A DNA stretch of 64,000 nt from Bacillota bacterium. GTDB lineage: Bacteria > Bacillota > Sulfobacillia > Sulfobacillales > JAIMBI01. The DNA lies in assembly GCA_021797815.1 (NCBI GenBank), contig JAJZYZ010000001.1, forward strand, positions 35,973 through 99,972. The letters are read 5' to 3'. Shown here in pieces: positions 47,591 to 60,565 of the stretch. A program made the position numbers and the translations under genes. The notes beneath the pieces were generated by a model that searched no databases, was not told the origin of the DNA, and worked only from the letters and a program-made list of their open reading frames with translations. The number at the start of each line of letters is the position of its first letter. Positions within the stretch are counted from its first letter, which is position 1.

Positions 47591-48550
47591 ATGAGACAGA
47601 CGATCTGGTCCACGATGGCGGCGCTTGAGGAACAGCGGACCCCGTACGTGCTGGTGACGGTGGTGCGGAGCGTCCGCCCGTCCTCCGCCCGGCCGGGGAT
47701 GCGGGCGGTCGTAACCGCCGACGGGCGCATCGATGGCTTCATCGGCGGACAATGCACCCGGCATCTGGTGCTGGAGATGGCCCGCGAAGTGCTGGCGCGG
47801 CGCGATGCCTGCCTGCTGCGGGTCACGACCGACCCGGTCCCCAGCTCAGATCCCGGCGTGGTGACACGGCTTATGACCTGCCAGAGCGGCGGGGAGGTGG
47901 AGCTCCTGCTGGAACCCCATCTGCCGCCGCCGGTCCTGGTCATCATCGGCGGCACGCCCATCGCGGACGCGGTCAGAAGTCTCGCCGAGGATCTTGACTA
48001 CACCGTCCACCAGCACGCGTGGGAGCCGCCGGAGACACTCGAGGCCCTGTTCGCCCGCGCCCTGTCGGTTGAGGGGGAACGTCCGGCCTATCTCATCGCG
48101 AGCCAGGGTGAGTATGACGAAGATGCGCTCCTGGCTGTGGCCGCGCACCACCCATCCTATGTGGGGGTGGTGGCAAGCCCCCGGCGGGCGGAGCGGCTGC
48201 GCGAGGTGTTGATAGAAGCGGGGGCATCGCCCGAGTTCGTCGAGGCGGTATCGGCCCCGGCCGGTCTTGATCTGGGTGCGGTGAGCCCGGCCGAGGTGGC
48301 GCTCAGCATCCTGGCGGAACTGCTGGTGGTCCGTCGCAGGACGCCTGTCGAAGCCGCACGGCCGGTGGCGCGGGAGGAGGATGTCCGGCCGTCCGCGGTT
48401 CTGGATCCGGTCTGCGGGATGACCGTGGACCTGAACGCCACACCCCATACGGCCGTCCACCAGGGAACGACGTACGGGTTCTGCGGTCGGGGCTGCCTGC
48501 AGGCCTTCTTGCAGGATCCCGCCTCCTACGCGGCCCAAAGCGCCCACTAG
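47591..48550 (+). CDS. XdhC/CoxF family maturation protein fused to a C-terminal YHS (TRASH) domain
   Basis: GFIGGQC, MTCQSGG, SYVGVVAS, APAGLDLGAVSPAEVALSILAE; C-terminal DPVCGM...YGFCGRGC. Confidence 0.88.
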   Translation: MRQTIWSTMAALEEQRTPYVLVTVVRSVRPSSARPGMRAVVTADGRIDGFIGGQCTRHLVLEMAREVLARRDACLLRVTTDPVPSSDPGVVTRLMTCQSGGEVELLLEPHLPPPVLVIIGGTPIADAVRSLAEDLDYTVHQHAWEPPETLEALFARALSVEGERPAYLIASQGEYDEDALLAVAAHHPSYVGVVASPRRAERLREVLIEAGASPEFVEAVSAPAGLDLGAVSPAEVALSILAELLVVRRRTPVEAARPVAREEDVRPSAVLDPVCGMTVDLNATPHTAVHQGTTYGFCGRGCLQAFLQDPASYAAQSAH

Positions 48551-48591
48551 GGACAGGGCACGCTGGCCAGCATCGGCACCACGGGTCCCAA

Positions 48592-48646
48592 CGTTCGAAG
48601 AAGGTTCGAATATGGGTCGAGGAAGGGTCGAGGAAGGGTCGAAAAA
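48592..48646. repeat. Five tandem 11-bp units in the XdhC-coxG spacer
   Basis: CGTTCGAAGAA, GGTTCGAATAT, GGGTCGAGGAA, GGGTCGAGGAA, GGGTCGAAAAA; TCGA at 48595, 48606, 48617, 48628 and 48639. Confidence 0.85.
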
Positions 48647-48660
48647 GGAGGGAGCCGCAG

Positions 48661-49137
48661 GTGCACACGTATACCGGAACTCTCGCATTAGAGGCTCCCC
48701 TGGAGCGGGTCTACCGCTTCATCACGGCCGCCGCCGACGTCGGGCCCTGCATGCCCGACGTCGCCTCGGTGGACGTGAAAGACGACACGCACTTCCAGGC
48801 CCGCGTCCGGGTGGGCGTGGGACCGGTCCGCGGTTCTTTTGACCTGAGTGCGGCCATCGTGCCTGACGGGGAGGGGAAATCGGCGGCCCTGGAAGTCCGG
48901 GGTGGCGGCATGGGGAGTGGGGTGGACATTGCGAGCGAGCTTCAGCTGGCGGAAGTCGCGCCGGGCTCCACGGAACTCCGGTGGGAAGCGCGCGTCACCA
49001 TCAGTGGACCGCTCGCGGCGTTGGGTGCGCGGCTCATCGACGGGCAGGCCAAACGCATTACGGCGCAGCTGTTCGACAACATAGAGGCCCGGATCCGACA
49101 GCTGTCAGAGGGAGGACCCCGGGAAGTTGAGGGATAG
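48661..49137 (+). CDS. coxG: CoxG (SRPBCC) CO dehydrogenase accessory protein
   Basis: VGPCMP, VRVGVGPVRGSF, GPLAALGARLI pattern; inside the cox cluster. Confidence 0.88.
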   Translation: MHTYTGTLALEAPLERVYRFITAAADVGPCMPDVASVDVKDDTHFQARVRVGVGPVRGSFDLSAAIVPDGEGKSAALEVRGGGMGSGVDIASELQLAEVAPGSTELRWEARVTISGPLAALGARLIDGQAKRITAQLFDNIEARIRQLSEGGPREVEG

Positions 49138-49144
49138 CCGGGAA

Positions 49145-49999
49145 ATGGCGGCCGACCGCGTGGACGCCCTGCTCGACCGCCTTCGGCAGGCGAGCTACAT
49201 CGCGTCGCGAGAGGCGGTAAGCGCCCTCTATCTCGCGGAGACCCTCGGCCGCCCGCTCCTGGTTGAGGGACCGGCCGGCGTGGGCAAGACCGATCTGGCC
49301 CGCGCATGGGCAGCACTCAGCGGACGGGATCTTGTGCGTCTGCAGTGTTACGAAGGCATCGATGCCAGTCAGGCGGTCTATGACTGGAATTATCCAAAAC
49401 AGCTGCTGTCGGCGCGCCTGGCCGCCGAGGGGACCGATATCGGCGCCCTGTACGGGCCGGGGTTTCTGGTTGAGCGCCCCCTCTTGCAGGCCGTCTCGGC
49501 GAGCCCTGCCCCGGTATTGCTGGTGGACGAAGTCGATCGGGGCGATGAGGCGATGGAGGCGCTGCTGCTGGAGTTTTTGGGCGAGTCGCAGATTACGATT
49601 CCCGAGCTGGGCACGGTGCGGGCCGGGGAACCGCTGCGGGTCATCCTCACCTCGAACCGGGTGCGGGAGCTGTCAGATGCGCTGCGCCGGCGGTGTCTGT
49701 ACCTCTGGCTCGACTTCCCGGATGCCGAGCGCGAAGTTGAAATTATCCGTGTCCGGGCGCCGGAGGTTCCGGGTGTCCTGGCCCGGGCGGTGGCAGACGC
49801 GACCCATGCGCTTCGACGCCTCGATTTGATAAAGCCCCCGGGCCTGTCCGAGGCCGTCGACTGGGCCCGCGCCCTCAACGCGCTCGGCTTCCACGAGTTG
49901 AGCCGGGACGCCGTCGAGGCGACCGCCAGTGCCGTGGTGAAGACAGCCGAGGACCGGGCCGCCGTGGAACGGCACTTAGGAAGTCATGGACGGCTCTGA
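49145..49999 (+). CDS. coxD: MoxR-family AAA+ ATPase CoxD
   Basis: LVEGPAGVGKT, RLQCYEG, YDWNYPKQLL, LLVDEVDR, LTSNRVRELSDALRRRC. Confidence 0.9.
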   Translation: MAADRVDALLDRLRQASYIASREAVSALYLAETLGRPLLVEGPAGVGKTDLARAWAALSGRDLVRLQCYEGIDASQAVYDWNYPKQLLSARLAAEGTDIGALYGPGFLVERPLLQAVSASPAPVLLVDEVDRGDEAMEALLLEFLGESQITIPELGTVRAGEPLRVILTSNRVRELSDALRRRCLYLWLDFPDAEREVEIIRVRAPEVPGVLARAVADATHALRRLDLIKPPGLSEAVDWARALNALGFHELSRDAVEATASAVVKTAEDRAAVERHLGSHGRL

Positions 50000-51104
50000 T
50001 CCGGCGGCCGCCCTCGCGAGCTTTTCCCACTATCTCCGCCGCCAGGGATTCAGTACCGGCCCGGACGACACCCGGCTCGCTCTTCTGGCGCTCGGGCATT
50101 CCCATCTTCTTGACGGCGGTGAGGTTCAAGACCTGCTGCGGACCGTCTATGCGCGATCGCCGTCCGAGTGGAGCCGCTTTCCCGATCTCTGGACCGCGTA
50201 TCTCACGGGACGCCGCCCGCGGGCTGTTCCCCCGCCTCCCCGGACGCTCCCCGAGGGGTCGGGTTCGAAGAGCCGCGAGGAGGCCGGACCGTCCCTCACC
50301 CGGCCGGCCGTCACGGGCAGGCGCCTGGCCTACAGCCCCACCTGGGGGGAGCGCTTTGACGTGCGTCTGGCGACGGGCTCAGAGCTTCTCGGCGTGCGCC
50401 AGGCGGCCATCGGCACCCTGGCCGCCCTTCACCAACACCCGGGAACGCGGCGGGGTGCGCCTGGCCATCCTCTTTTGGATATGCGTCGAACGATGGCGGC
50501 CGCCCTGCGCCTCGGCGGAGAGCCCGCCGTCTGGCACGAACGGCGCCGGCGGCCTCAGCCGCCCGCCATGGTGCTGGTGGTGGACTGTTCGGGATCCATG
50601 CGCGAGCATGCGTCCTACCTGCTCACCTGGGCATGGGCGCTGTCCCGGCTGCCGATCCGGCTCGAGGTGTTCGTGTTTTCCACCGAAGTCATTCGGCTCA
50701 CCCCGCGCCTCCGCCGTCTGTCGCCCGGCCAGGACCCGCTGGTCGGGCTTGACGCGCTGTCGGGCGGGACCAAGATCGGGGCGGCGCTCGAGCATATCCT
50801 GACCGCCTATCGGGAGCGGCTCGGTCCACGGACAACGCTGGCGGTCGCCTCAGACGGGTTCGACTCCGGGGACCAGGCGCTTCTTTCGGTCAGCACGCGG
50901 GCGCTTGCGGCCCGCGTCCACTGCCTTACCTGGCTCAATCCGGCCGCATCTCAGAAGGGATACCGCCCGCAGTCTGCGGGGATCCGGACCGTTCTGCCCC
51001 TCGTGGACCAGCATCTGCCGGTCCACGACCGGGCGAGCATGCTGGCCGCTCTGCAGCAAGGGGCATTTCGGAGAACGTTCAAAAGAAGCGCCGCGGACGG
51101 ATGA
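49986..51104 (+). CDS. coxE: vWA-domain protein CoxE
   Basis: MIDAS DCSGSM, VFVFST, SGGTKIG, SDGFDSGD, WLNP. Confidence 0.88.
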   Translation: MDGSDPAAALASFSHYLRRQGFSTGPDDTRLALLALGHSHLLDGGEVQDLLRTVYARSPSEWSRFPDLWTAYLTGRRPRAVPPPPRTLPEGSGSKSREEAGPSLTRPAVTGRRLAYSPTWGERFDVRLATGSELLGVRQAAIGTLAALHQHPGTRRGAPGHPLLDMRRTMAAALRLGGEPAVWHERRRRPQPPAMVLVVDCSGSMREHASYLLTWAWALSRLPIRLEVFVFSTEVIRLTPRLRRLSPGQDPLVGLDALSGGTKIGAALEHILTAYRERLGPRTTLAVASDGFDSGDQALLSVSTRALAARVHCLTWLNPAASQKGYRPQSAGIRTVLPLVDQHLPVHDRASMLAALQQGAFRRTFKRSAADG

Positions 51105-51346
51105 CAGGCGGGAGCCGGTGCCGGTCCAGCGCGCATTGCCGTGGGCGGCGTCTGGTGTATGAATGAGAGAACAGAAGACAGTGGCCGCAGGTTCGCCAGC
51201 CGGGTAATGTCTCCATAGGCGCACCCGTCAGAAGAGCGGTCCAGGGCTTCGTTGCCCGGTCGCCGTGAGGCCTCGGCGCGGTGCCTCTTTAGGAGACGGA
51301 CACTCGATGAAGCGAGAGACGTGCGAGACGTGCGAAAGGAAAGTCC

Positions 51347-52471
51347 ATGACCGAACCACTCTTGCGAACCCACTGGACCGACCCCGTCACCGGCGTTCAC
51401 GGGTGGCTCGTGCTTGACCGGGTGCAAAATGGACTGGCCGGCGGCGGCATTCGCATGCGACCCGGTCTCACCCCGGCCGAGGTGGAGAGTCTGGCGCGGG
51501 TGATGACCCGTAAGCTTCGCATTCTTAACTTTGACGCGGGCGGGGCAAAGGCCGGCATTGCCTGCGACCCGGCACGTTCGGACGCGCTTCAGATTCTGGA
51601 GCGCTTCTTGACCGTTCATCGCCCGTTCCTCGCCGAGACATGGGCCACGAGCGAAGATCTGGGCACCCATGAACGCGACATCCTGGCCATCACCGAGCGT
51701 CTCGGGCTCCACACATCGGTGCACGCCGGCCTGATGCACCAGCCCGACCCGGCGGCGGCCGGGGAGCGGCTGGCCCGCATCCTTCAGCTCACGACCTCCG
51801 GAATGTCCATCACCGACGCCGTCACCGGCTATGGGGTGGCGGCGGCGACCGCCCGCTGCCTGAACGCGTTCGGCTGGGAGTCATCGTCCGTGCGCGTGGC
51901 GGTGCAGGGCTTCGGCACCGTCGGCGGGGGCAGCGCCTGGTACCTCGAACAGCTCGGCCTCAGAATCGTGGCGGTGGCGGATCGCGCGGGACTCATCGTC
52001 AAGCACGATGGCCTCGACGTGGCTACCCTCCTGGCCGCCCGCAACCAGTTCGGCGTCGTCGACCGGACGGCGCTTCCCGCGGACTACGAGACGCAACGCG
52101 GTGACGAGTGGCTGGAGGTTCCGGCCGACGTCCTCATCCCGGCCGCCGTGGCCGGCGCCATCCATGCGGGCAACGCGGACCGTGTGCGTGCGCGTCTTGT
52201 GGTTGAGGGGGCGAACCTGCCGGTCACGGCGGAGGCCGACGCCATCCTCCATCAGCGCGGCGTTGTGGTGGTGCCGGACTTCGTCGCCAATGCCGGCGGA
52301 GCCGGTGTTTTTGTGGCCGCCCTCTCGAACGACGTGGGGTCGACGGCGGAGGGCGTGCTGGATTACGTGGGCCACACCATCGGGGAGTGGACAGACCGCA
52401 TCTTGGCCGTCGCGCGGGAGCGGAAGTCAACCCTCCGGGCGGCGGCGGTGGAGCTCACCGATATCGGGTGA
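51347..52471 (+). CDS. Glu/Leu/Phe/Val amino-acid dehydrogenase family protein
   Basis: GGGIRM, MTRK, GGAKAG, EDLG, VTGYGV, QGFGTVG, VEGAN, PDFVANAG. Confidence 0.88.
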   Translation: MTEPLLRTHWTDPVTGVHGWLVLDRVQNGLAGGGIRMRPGLTPAEVESLARVMTRKLRILNFDAGGAKAGIACDPARSDALQILERFLTVHRPFLAETWATSEDLGTHERDILAITERLGLHTSVHAGLMHQPDPAAAGERLARILQLTTSGMSITDAVTGYGVAAATARCLNAFGWESSSVRVAVQGFGTVGGGSAWYLEQLGLRIVAVADRAGLIVKHDGLDVATLLAARNQFGVVDRTALPADYETQRGDEWLEVPADVLIPAAVAGAIHAGNADRVRARLVVEGANLPVTAEADAILHQRGVVVVPDFVANAGGAGVFVAALSNDVGSTAEGVLDYVGHTIGEWTDRILAVARERKSTLRAAAVELTDIG

Positions 52472-52477
52472 AGGGCC

Positions 52478-53623
52478 TCACCCGACGCCATCGGACGGCG
52501 AGGCGCCTCTCCGAACATTTTCGCGCGCTCGCAGGCGCATGCCGCGCCTTGTCAACCAGACATTGCGCACGGCCATTATACTTACGGCCGCCCAGGCTAG
52601 AAGGGCGATCCACACGAATGCGGCCCCGATCGGATGGAGCCCGGAAAATCCCGGCACCCGGGAGAGCGTGGTGGTGGCGGTGGCGTACATGCCGAGCGGG
52701 AACACGATGCTCCATTGGGCGGGATGGTAGCCAATCGGCTCGTGCTCATGCCCGTACTTCCACCAGCCCAGCACCAACAGAAGGGGAATCCACCAGGAAC
52801 CCCAGGCCCACAAGACCACGGTCAGGCCTTCCAAGAACGGACGCACCGTCACGAGGGCGGCGCCGGCGTGATGCAGCAATAGGAGCCGGGAGCTTGCCAG
52901 CACGGTGATGGCGGTCGCCCCCATGTTGATCCAGTAGGGCGGGTCAAGGTCCGCCGCGCGGACCCGGTAAAAAAACAGGCGGTCCATCACGAGGCCGATA
53001 AAGACCACGTACAGCATGATGCCCATGGCCCAAAAGACCAAGGCCGCGAGAAAGAGCGCTTTCCCTGCGTGCGGCAGGTGATCGACCATGGCGCCGAGCC
53101 AGGTGGAGAGAGACTCTTCGGCCACGATGGCGATGAGCCAGCCGCCGTTGACCATCGTGAGGCGAACACGCCGCCCCACGATGAGAAGAGTGGTCAGGCT
53201 GTAGAACAGCACGATCCACAGGAGGCATCCGGTTACCCCCAGCGCGAGGCCCAGAAACGGCCGGTGCGCGAACAGAAACCGCACCGCCAGGACGTTGGAC
53301 GCGGCCACCATCGTGAAGTAACCGAACATGCGAGCGGGATTCGTGACATCCTGACGGGTCTCTTCGGTGAAGCGTGCCCCGCGCAGGACATAAGTCACCC
53401 AGAGGAAGCCATATGCCGCGGCGCCGATCCACATAAGCCCCATGGAGATGGCCGTCTGATGATAGAGATGAAGCGCGGTCGACACGATCTCGGTGGCCAT
53501 GACGAGGGCAAAGTAGCCGGGGTACAGACCCTTCAGGGTGGAATGCGCGCCGGTGGTGCTGGAGGCGCCCTCCGTTCCGCCGGCTTTTAGTGTTGTCGGT
53601 GTTCGTGATGGGAAAGCTTCCAT
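52478..53623 (-). CDS. TDT (tellurite-resistance/dicarboxylate; SLAC1/TehA-like) family anion channel
   Basis: PGYFALVMAT, NGGWLIAIVA, PPYWINMGATAIT, WSIVFPLGMY; about 10 TM helices. Confidence 0.9.
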   Translation of the reverse strand: MEAFPSRTPTTLKAGGTEGASSTTGAHSTLKGLYPGYFALVMATEIVSTALHLYHQTAISMGLMWIGAAAYGFLWVTYVLRGARFTEETRQDVTNPARMFGYFTMVAASNVLAVRFLFAHRPFLGLALGVTGCLLWIVLFYSLTTLLIVGRRVRLTMVNGGWLIAIVAEESLSTWLGAMVDHLPHAGKALFLAALVFWAMGIMLYVVFIGLVMDRLFFYRVRAADLDPPYWINMGATAITVLASSRLLLLHHAGAALVTVRPFLEGLTVVLWAWGSWWIPLLLVLGWWKYGHEHEPIGYHPAQWSIVFPLGMYATATTTLSRVPGFSGLHPIGAAFVWIALLAWAAVSIMAVRNVWLTRRGMRLRARENVRRGASPSDGVG

Positions 53624-53687
53624 GGGAAGAACGCCGCCGCCTTTCGTTCCCGTTCTATCTTCTATGGCGCAGCGGCGCCCGCCTAAG

Positions 53688-53703
53688 TGTGATCTGCATC
53701 ACG
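53688..53703. promoter_or_regulatory. Fnr/Crp-type box
   Basis: TGTGA-TCTGCA-TCACG, 9/10 match to TGTGA-N6-TCACA; on the TDT side of the divergent region. Confidence 0.7.
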
Positions 53704-53749
53704 ATCAGCCCCATCCCCACGCTCACGCTCCCCTCCGACTTTCCTTGGT

Positions 53750-53771
53750 CATCGTGACAATGATCACGATG
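53750..53771. promoter_or_regulatory. Fnr/Crp-type box
   Basis: Perfect inverted repeat CATCGTGA-CAATGA-TCACGATG upstream of the hemerythrin-nar operon. Confidence 0.7.
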
Positions 53772-53893
53772 TTCCTCGCGGCCTTGCCCCCACTTGAGTA
53801 GAGAAGCTCACCCATCGCGCCCGGGCACACGGCCGGGATCGATGTGGACACTGAAGTCCGCGGCACCTACCCCCAAAGAGAGGAGACGAGGGG

Positions 53894-54343
53894 ATGTCCG
53901 GTCCCGCCCTCCGTCAGGTTGAGCCGCATCGCGCCATTCATGCCGCCATGCGGCATGAACTCCAGGCGACCGTCATGGCTGCCGAAACTCTGTCTCCCGA
54001 TGGGGACCAGGCCCGGCGGCTGAGACAGGTGGTCGAGGTGTTTCTGGAACTGGTGGAGACCCGCATCCTGGCGCACGCGCACGAAGAAGAGGCCGGCCTC
54101 TATGCGGAGTGGCTTCAGCTTCAGATTCAGGGCGGTCGGGAGGCGCTCTCCGCCGCGGTCGCGTCTCTGGTCCTCCAGCACAGCATGCTGCGGCAGCTGG
54201 CGTCGGACGTCGAGCGGGCCACGGTGGTTGGCAAGCGCGAGGCCGTGCTGCGCGGAATGCGAGAGTTTCAACGCGTACTGGACGACCACGAGCGCCACGA
54301 GGAGGACCTGGTGCGAGAGCTTTTGGAGATGGGCGGCGGCTGA
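53894..54343 (+). CDS. Hemerythrin domain protein
   Basis: HRAIH, HAHEEE, QHSML and HERHEE HHE motifs; GAGGAG/GAGGGG RBS. Confidence 0.85.
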   Translation: MSGPALRQVEPHRAIHAAMRHELQATVMAAETLSPDGDQARRLRQVVEVFLELVETRILAHAHEEEAGLYAEWLQLQIQGGREALSAAVASLVLQHSMLRQLASDVERATVVGKREAVLRGMREFQRVLDDHERHEEDLVRELLEMGGG

Positions 54344-54470
54344 GTGCGCGGGCAAGACGAGGACCAGCAAGCGCCGCACCCGAACCGCACCGGATTTTGG
54401 GTGTGTGGCCGGACCGGCCGGGCGATTCACTACCGATGCGTGGGTGGATGCGGGGGAGGCGACGACGGCT

Positions 54471-54727
54471 ATGACAGACGGGGATAAGACACGGCGCGTC
54501 GCGACGGACGATGACATCAGCGATCTCCTCACTATTCTTCAGTGGCGCTTTGGTCCCGTGTCCGACGAGCTGGCGGCAAAGGTCCGCAAGCTCACTGACG
54601 TGAGCCAGATCGACCACCTGATCCTGGCTGCCGCCAACGCGCCGACGTGGGACGTGGTGGCATCGGAATTGCGTGAGCCCGGCTTTCGCATGACAGGATT
54701 TCAATTTGACCCGCACCCGGAGGGGGC

Positions 54728-54737
<10 letters not shown>
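54471..54737 (+). CDS. Small hypothetical protein (DUF4351-like helical fold)
   Basis: ATG after GGAGG; ILQWRFGPVSDELAAKVRKLTDVSQIDHLI; stop overlaps the narG start region. Confidence 0.7.
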
Positions 54738-58412
<3,675 letters not shown>

Positions 58413-58423
<11 letters not shown>

Positions 58424-59951
58424 GGCGCAGATTGCGATGGTCATGAACCTCGACAAGTGCATCGGATGCCATACCTGCAGCGTGACCTGCAAGAACACCT
58501 GGACCAATCGTCCGGGCGCCGAGTATATGTGGTTCAACAATGTCGAGACCCGTCCGGGTCCCGGCTATCCCCAGGAATGGGAAGACCAGAAGCGCCGCCG
58601 CGGCGGGTGGGTGCTTGACGGTGGCCGGCTGCGGCTGGCCGCGGGCGGCCCGCTGGAAAAGCTGGCCCACATCTTCTACAATCCGGATCTTCCTCAGATT
58701 GACGACTATTACGAGCCCTGGACCTACGACTACCAAACTTTGACGGACAGCCCCCGGCGTACGCACCAGCCTGTCGCGCGCCCCCACTCGCTCCTGACGG
58801 GTGAGGTCATGGAGCGGCCGGTCTGGGGCCCGAATTGGGACGACGACCTGGCCGGTGGTCCCGAGATTGCGCCCCGGGATCCCAATCTGAAGCCGCTCAT
58901 GGAGCATATTGCGCTCGAGTATGAGCAGGCCTTCATGATGTATCTGCCACGCATCTGCAACCATTGCCTCAATCCCGCCTGTGTGGCCGCGTGCCCTTCC
59001 GGCGCGATGTACAAACGGGAAGAGGACGGCATCGTGCTGGTGGATCAGGATGCGTGCCGCGGCTGGCGCTACTGCGTGAGCGCCTGCCCTTACAAGAAGG
59101 TCTACTTCAACTGGAACACGCACAAGGCGGAGAAGTGCACGTTTTGTTATCCGCGCATCGAGGCCGGTCTTCCGACCGTGTGCTCCGAGACGTGCGTCGG
59201 CCGTATCCGGTATCTGGGCCCGGTCTTCTACGACGCGGATCAGGCGCTGGCCGCCGCCAGTGTGGAGAATCCCCAGGATATCTACGAGGCGCAAAGACGC
59301 ATCTTTCTGAACCCTCATGACCCGGACGTGGTGCGCGAGGCGCATCGTCAGGGCATCTCCGACACCTGGATCGAGGCGGCCCAGCGCTCGCCGGTTTACA
59401 AGATGGCCGTGGAGTGGCAGATTGCGCTTCCGCTGCATCCCGAATACCGCACGTTGCCGATGGTGTGGTACGTGCCGCCCTTGAGTCCTATGATGAACCA
59501 CCTGGCCGACGCCGCCCACATGCCGGCCGATGCCTTTCTCACGGCCGTGGACAGCATGCGCATCCCCCTTGACTACCTGGCCTCTATCCTGGCCGCCGGC
59601 GATGTCGGACCGGTCCGGCGGGCGCTTGTGCGTCTCAGCGCGATGCGGACCGCCATGCGGGAGAAGAACCTGGGCACTCAGGGCACCGACTGGACGGCAA
59701 GCGCCCTCATGACCGAGGCCGGCCTGTCGGTGGAGCAGCTGGACGCGATGGCGGATCTGCTTGCCGCCGCCAAGTATGACGCGCGGTTCGTGATTCCCAC
59801 CGGGGACCGGAGTCACGAGGGCAACCTGGATTACTGGCAGGGAGCGTGCAGCCTGGAAGGGCTGGCCCCAGCCGAAGGCATCGCGCCGCCACGCCGCACG
59901 ATTCCACTGGAGGTTCACCCCGCGTCGTCATCACGGGAGGTTGAGCCATGA
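58413..59951 (+). CDS. narH: Respiratory nitrate reductase beta subunit
   Basis: DKCIGCHTCSVTCK, CNHCLNPACVAACP, CRGWRYCVSACPYKK, KCTFCYPR. Confidence 0.97.
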
Positions 59952-60565
59952 CCGAAACCCAGCGGCTCATACTGAAAATCGCCTCCGGGATCCTCGATTA
60001 TCCCGGTTCCAGCGCGTTCGGGGACCGGCTCCAAAGGCGGAAGGGGCTGGCCGGAGAGGTTGACCCCCGGCTTCTGGCGGTCATTCAGTCTCTCTTCGGG
60101 CCGGGCCCTCTGCAACTGGAGCAGCTTTACGTCGAAACGTTTGATTTCAACCCCCGGCACGCCCTCTACGTGACGGCGCAGGAGATGGGCGACGCCCGTG
60201 AACGCGGTCAGGCGCTCCTCGAGTGGGCCGCCCTGTACGGCGCGGCGGGCTATGAGGTTCCCGACGGTCAGCTGGCGGATTACGTGCCCATGCTGCTCGA
60301 ATTGACCGCCGTCCGGCCGGACGTGGTGCAACAGGCGTTCATAGACCGCCTGGCGGCGGCCTGCGCCCAGATCGCCGACACCCTGGAGGTCGAGAACCCG
60401 TACCGGCCGTTATTTGACCTGATTGTGGACACGTTGGGAGGGCAGGGCGGGCAGGAGTCCAACGAGCCACGGCCTGCCCATGACGCGGCCGGGGGTCTCG
60501 ACGACCTGCCCTATCCGCTCCATTACCCGGGGACTGAGTCGGAACACGGGAGGGGTGTCTCGTGA
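59948..60565 (+). CDS. narJ: Nitrate reductase molybdenum cofactor assembly chaperone
   Basis: LDYP, YVETFDF, RERGQAL, LADYVPMLLE; between narH and narI. Confidence 0.92.
   Translation: MTETQRLILKIASGILDYPGSSAFGDRLQRRKGLAGEVDPRLLAVIQSLFGPGPLQLEQLYVETFDFNPRHALYVTAQEMGDARERGQALLEWAALYGAAGYEVPDGQLADYVPMLLELTAVRPDVVQQAFIDRLAAACAQIADTLEVENPYRPLFDLIVDTLGGQGGQESNEPRPAHDAAGGLDDLPYPLHYPGTESEHGRGVS

Noticed and set aside
51225-51299. SAM-I or lysine riboswitch call
   Set aside because: Key conserved elements (ATC in P1 and GCAAC for SAM-I; the lysine-riboswitch core) are missing; kept only as a low-interest finding.
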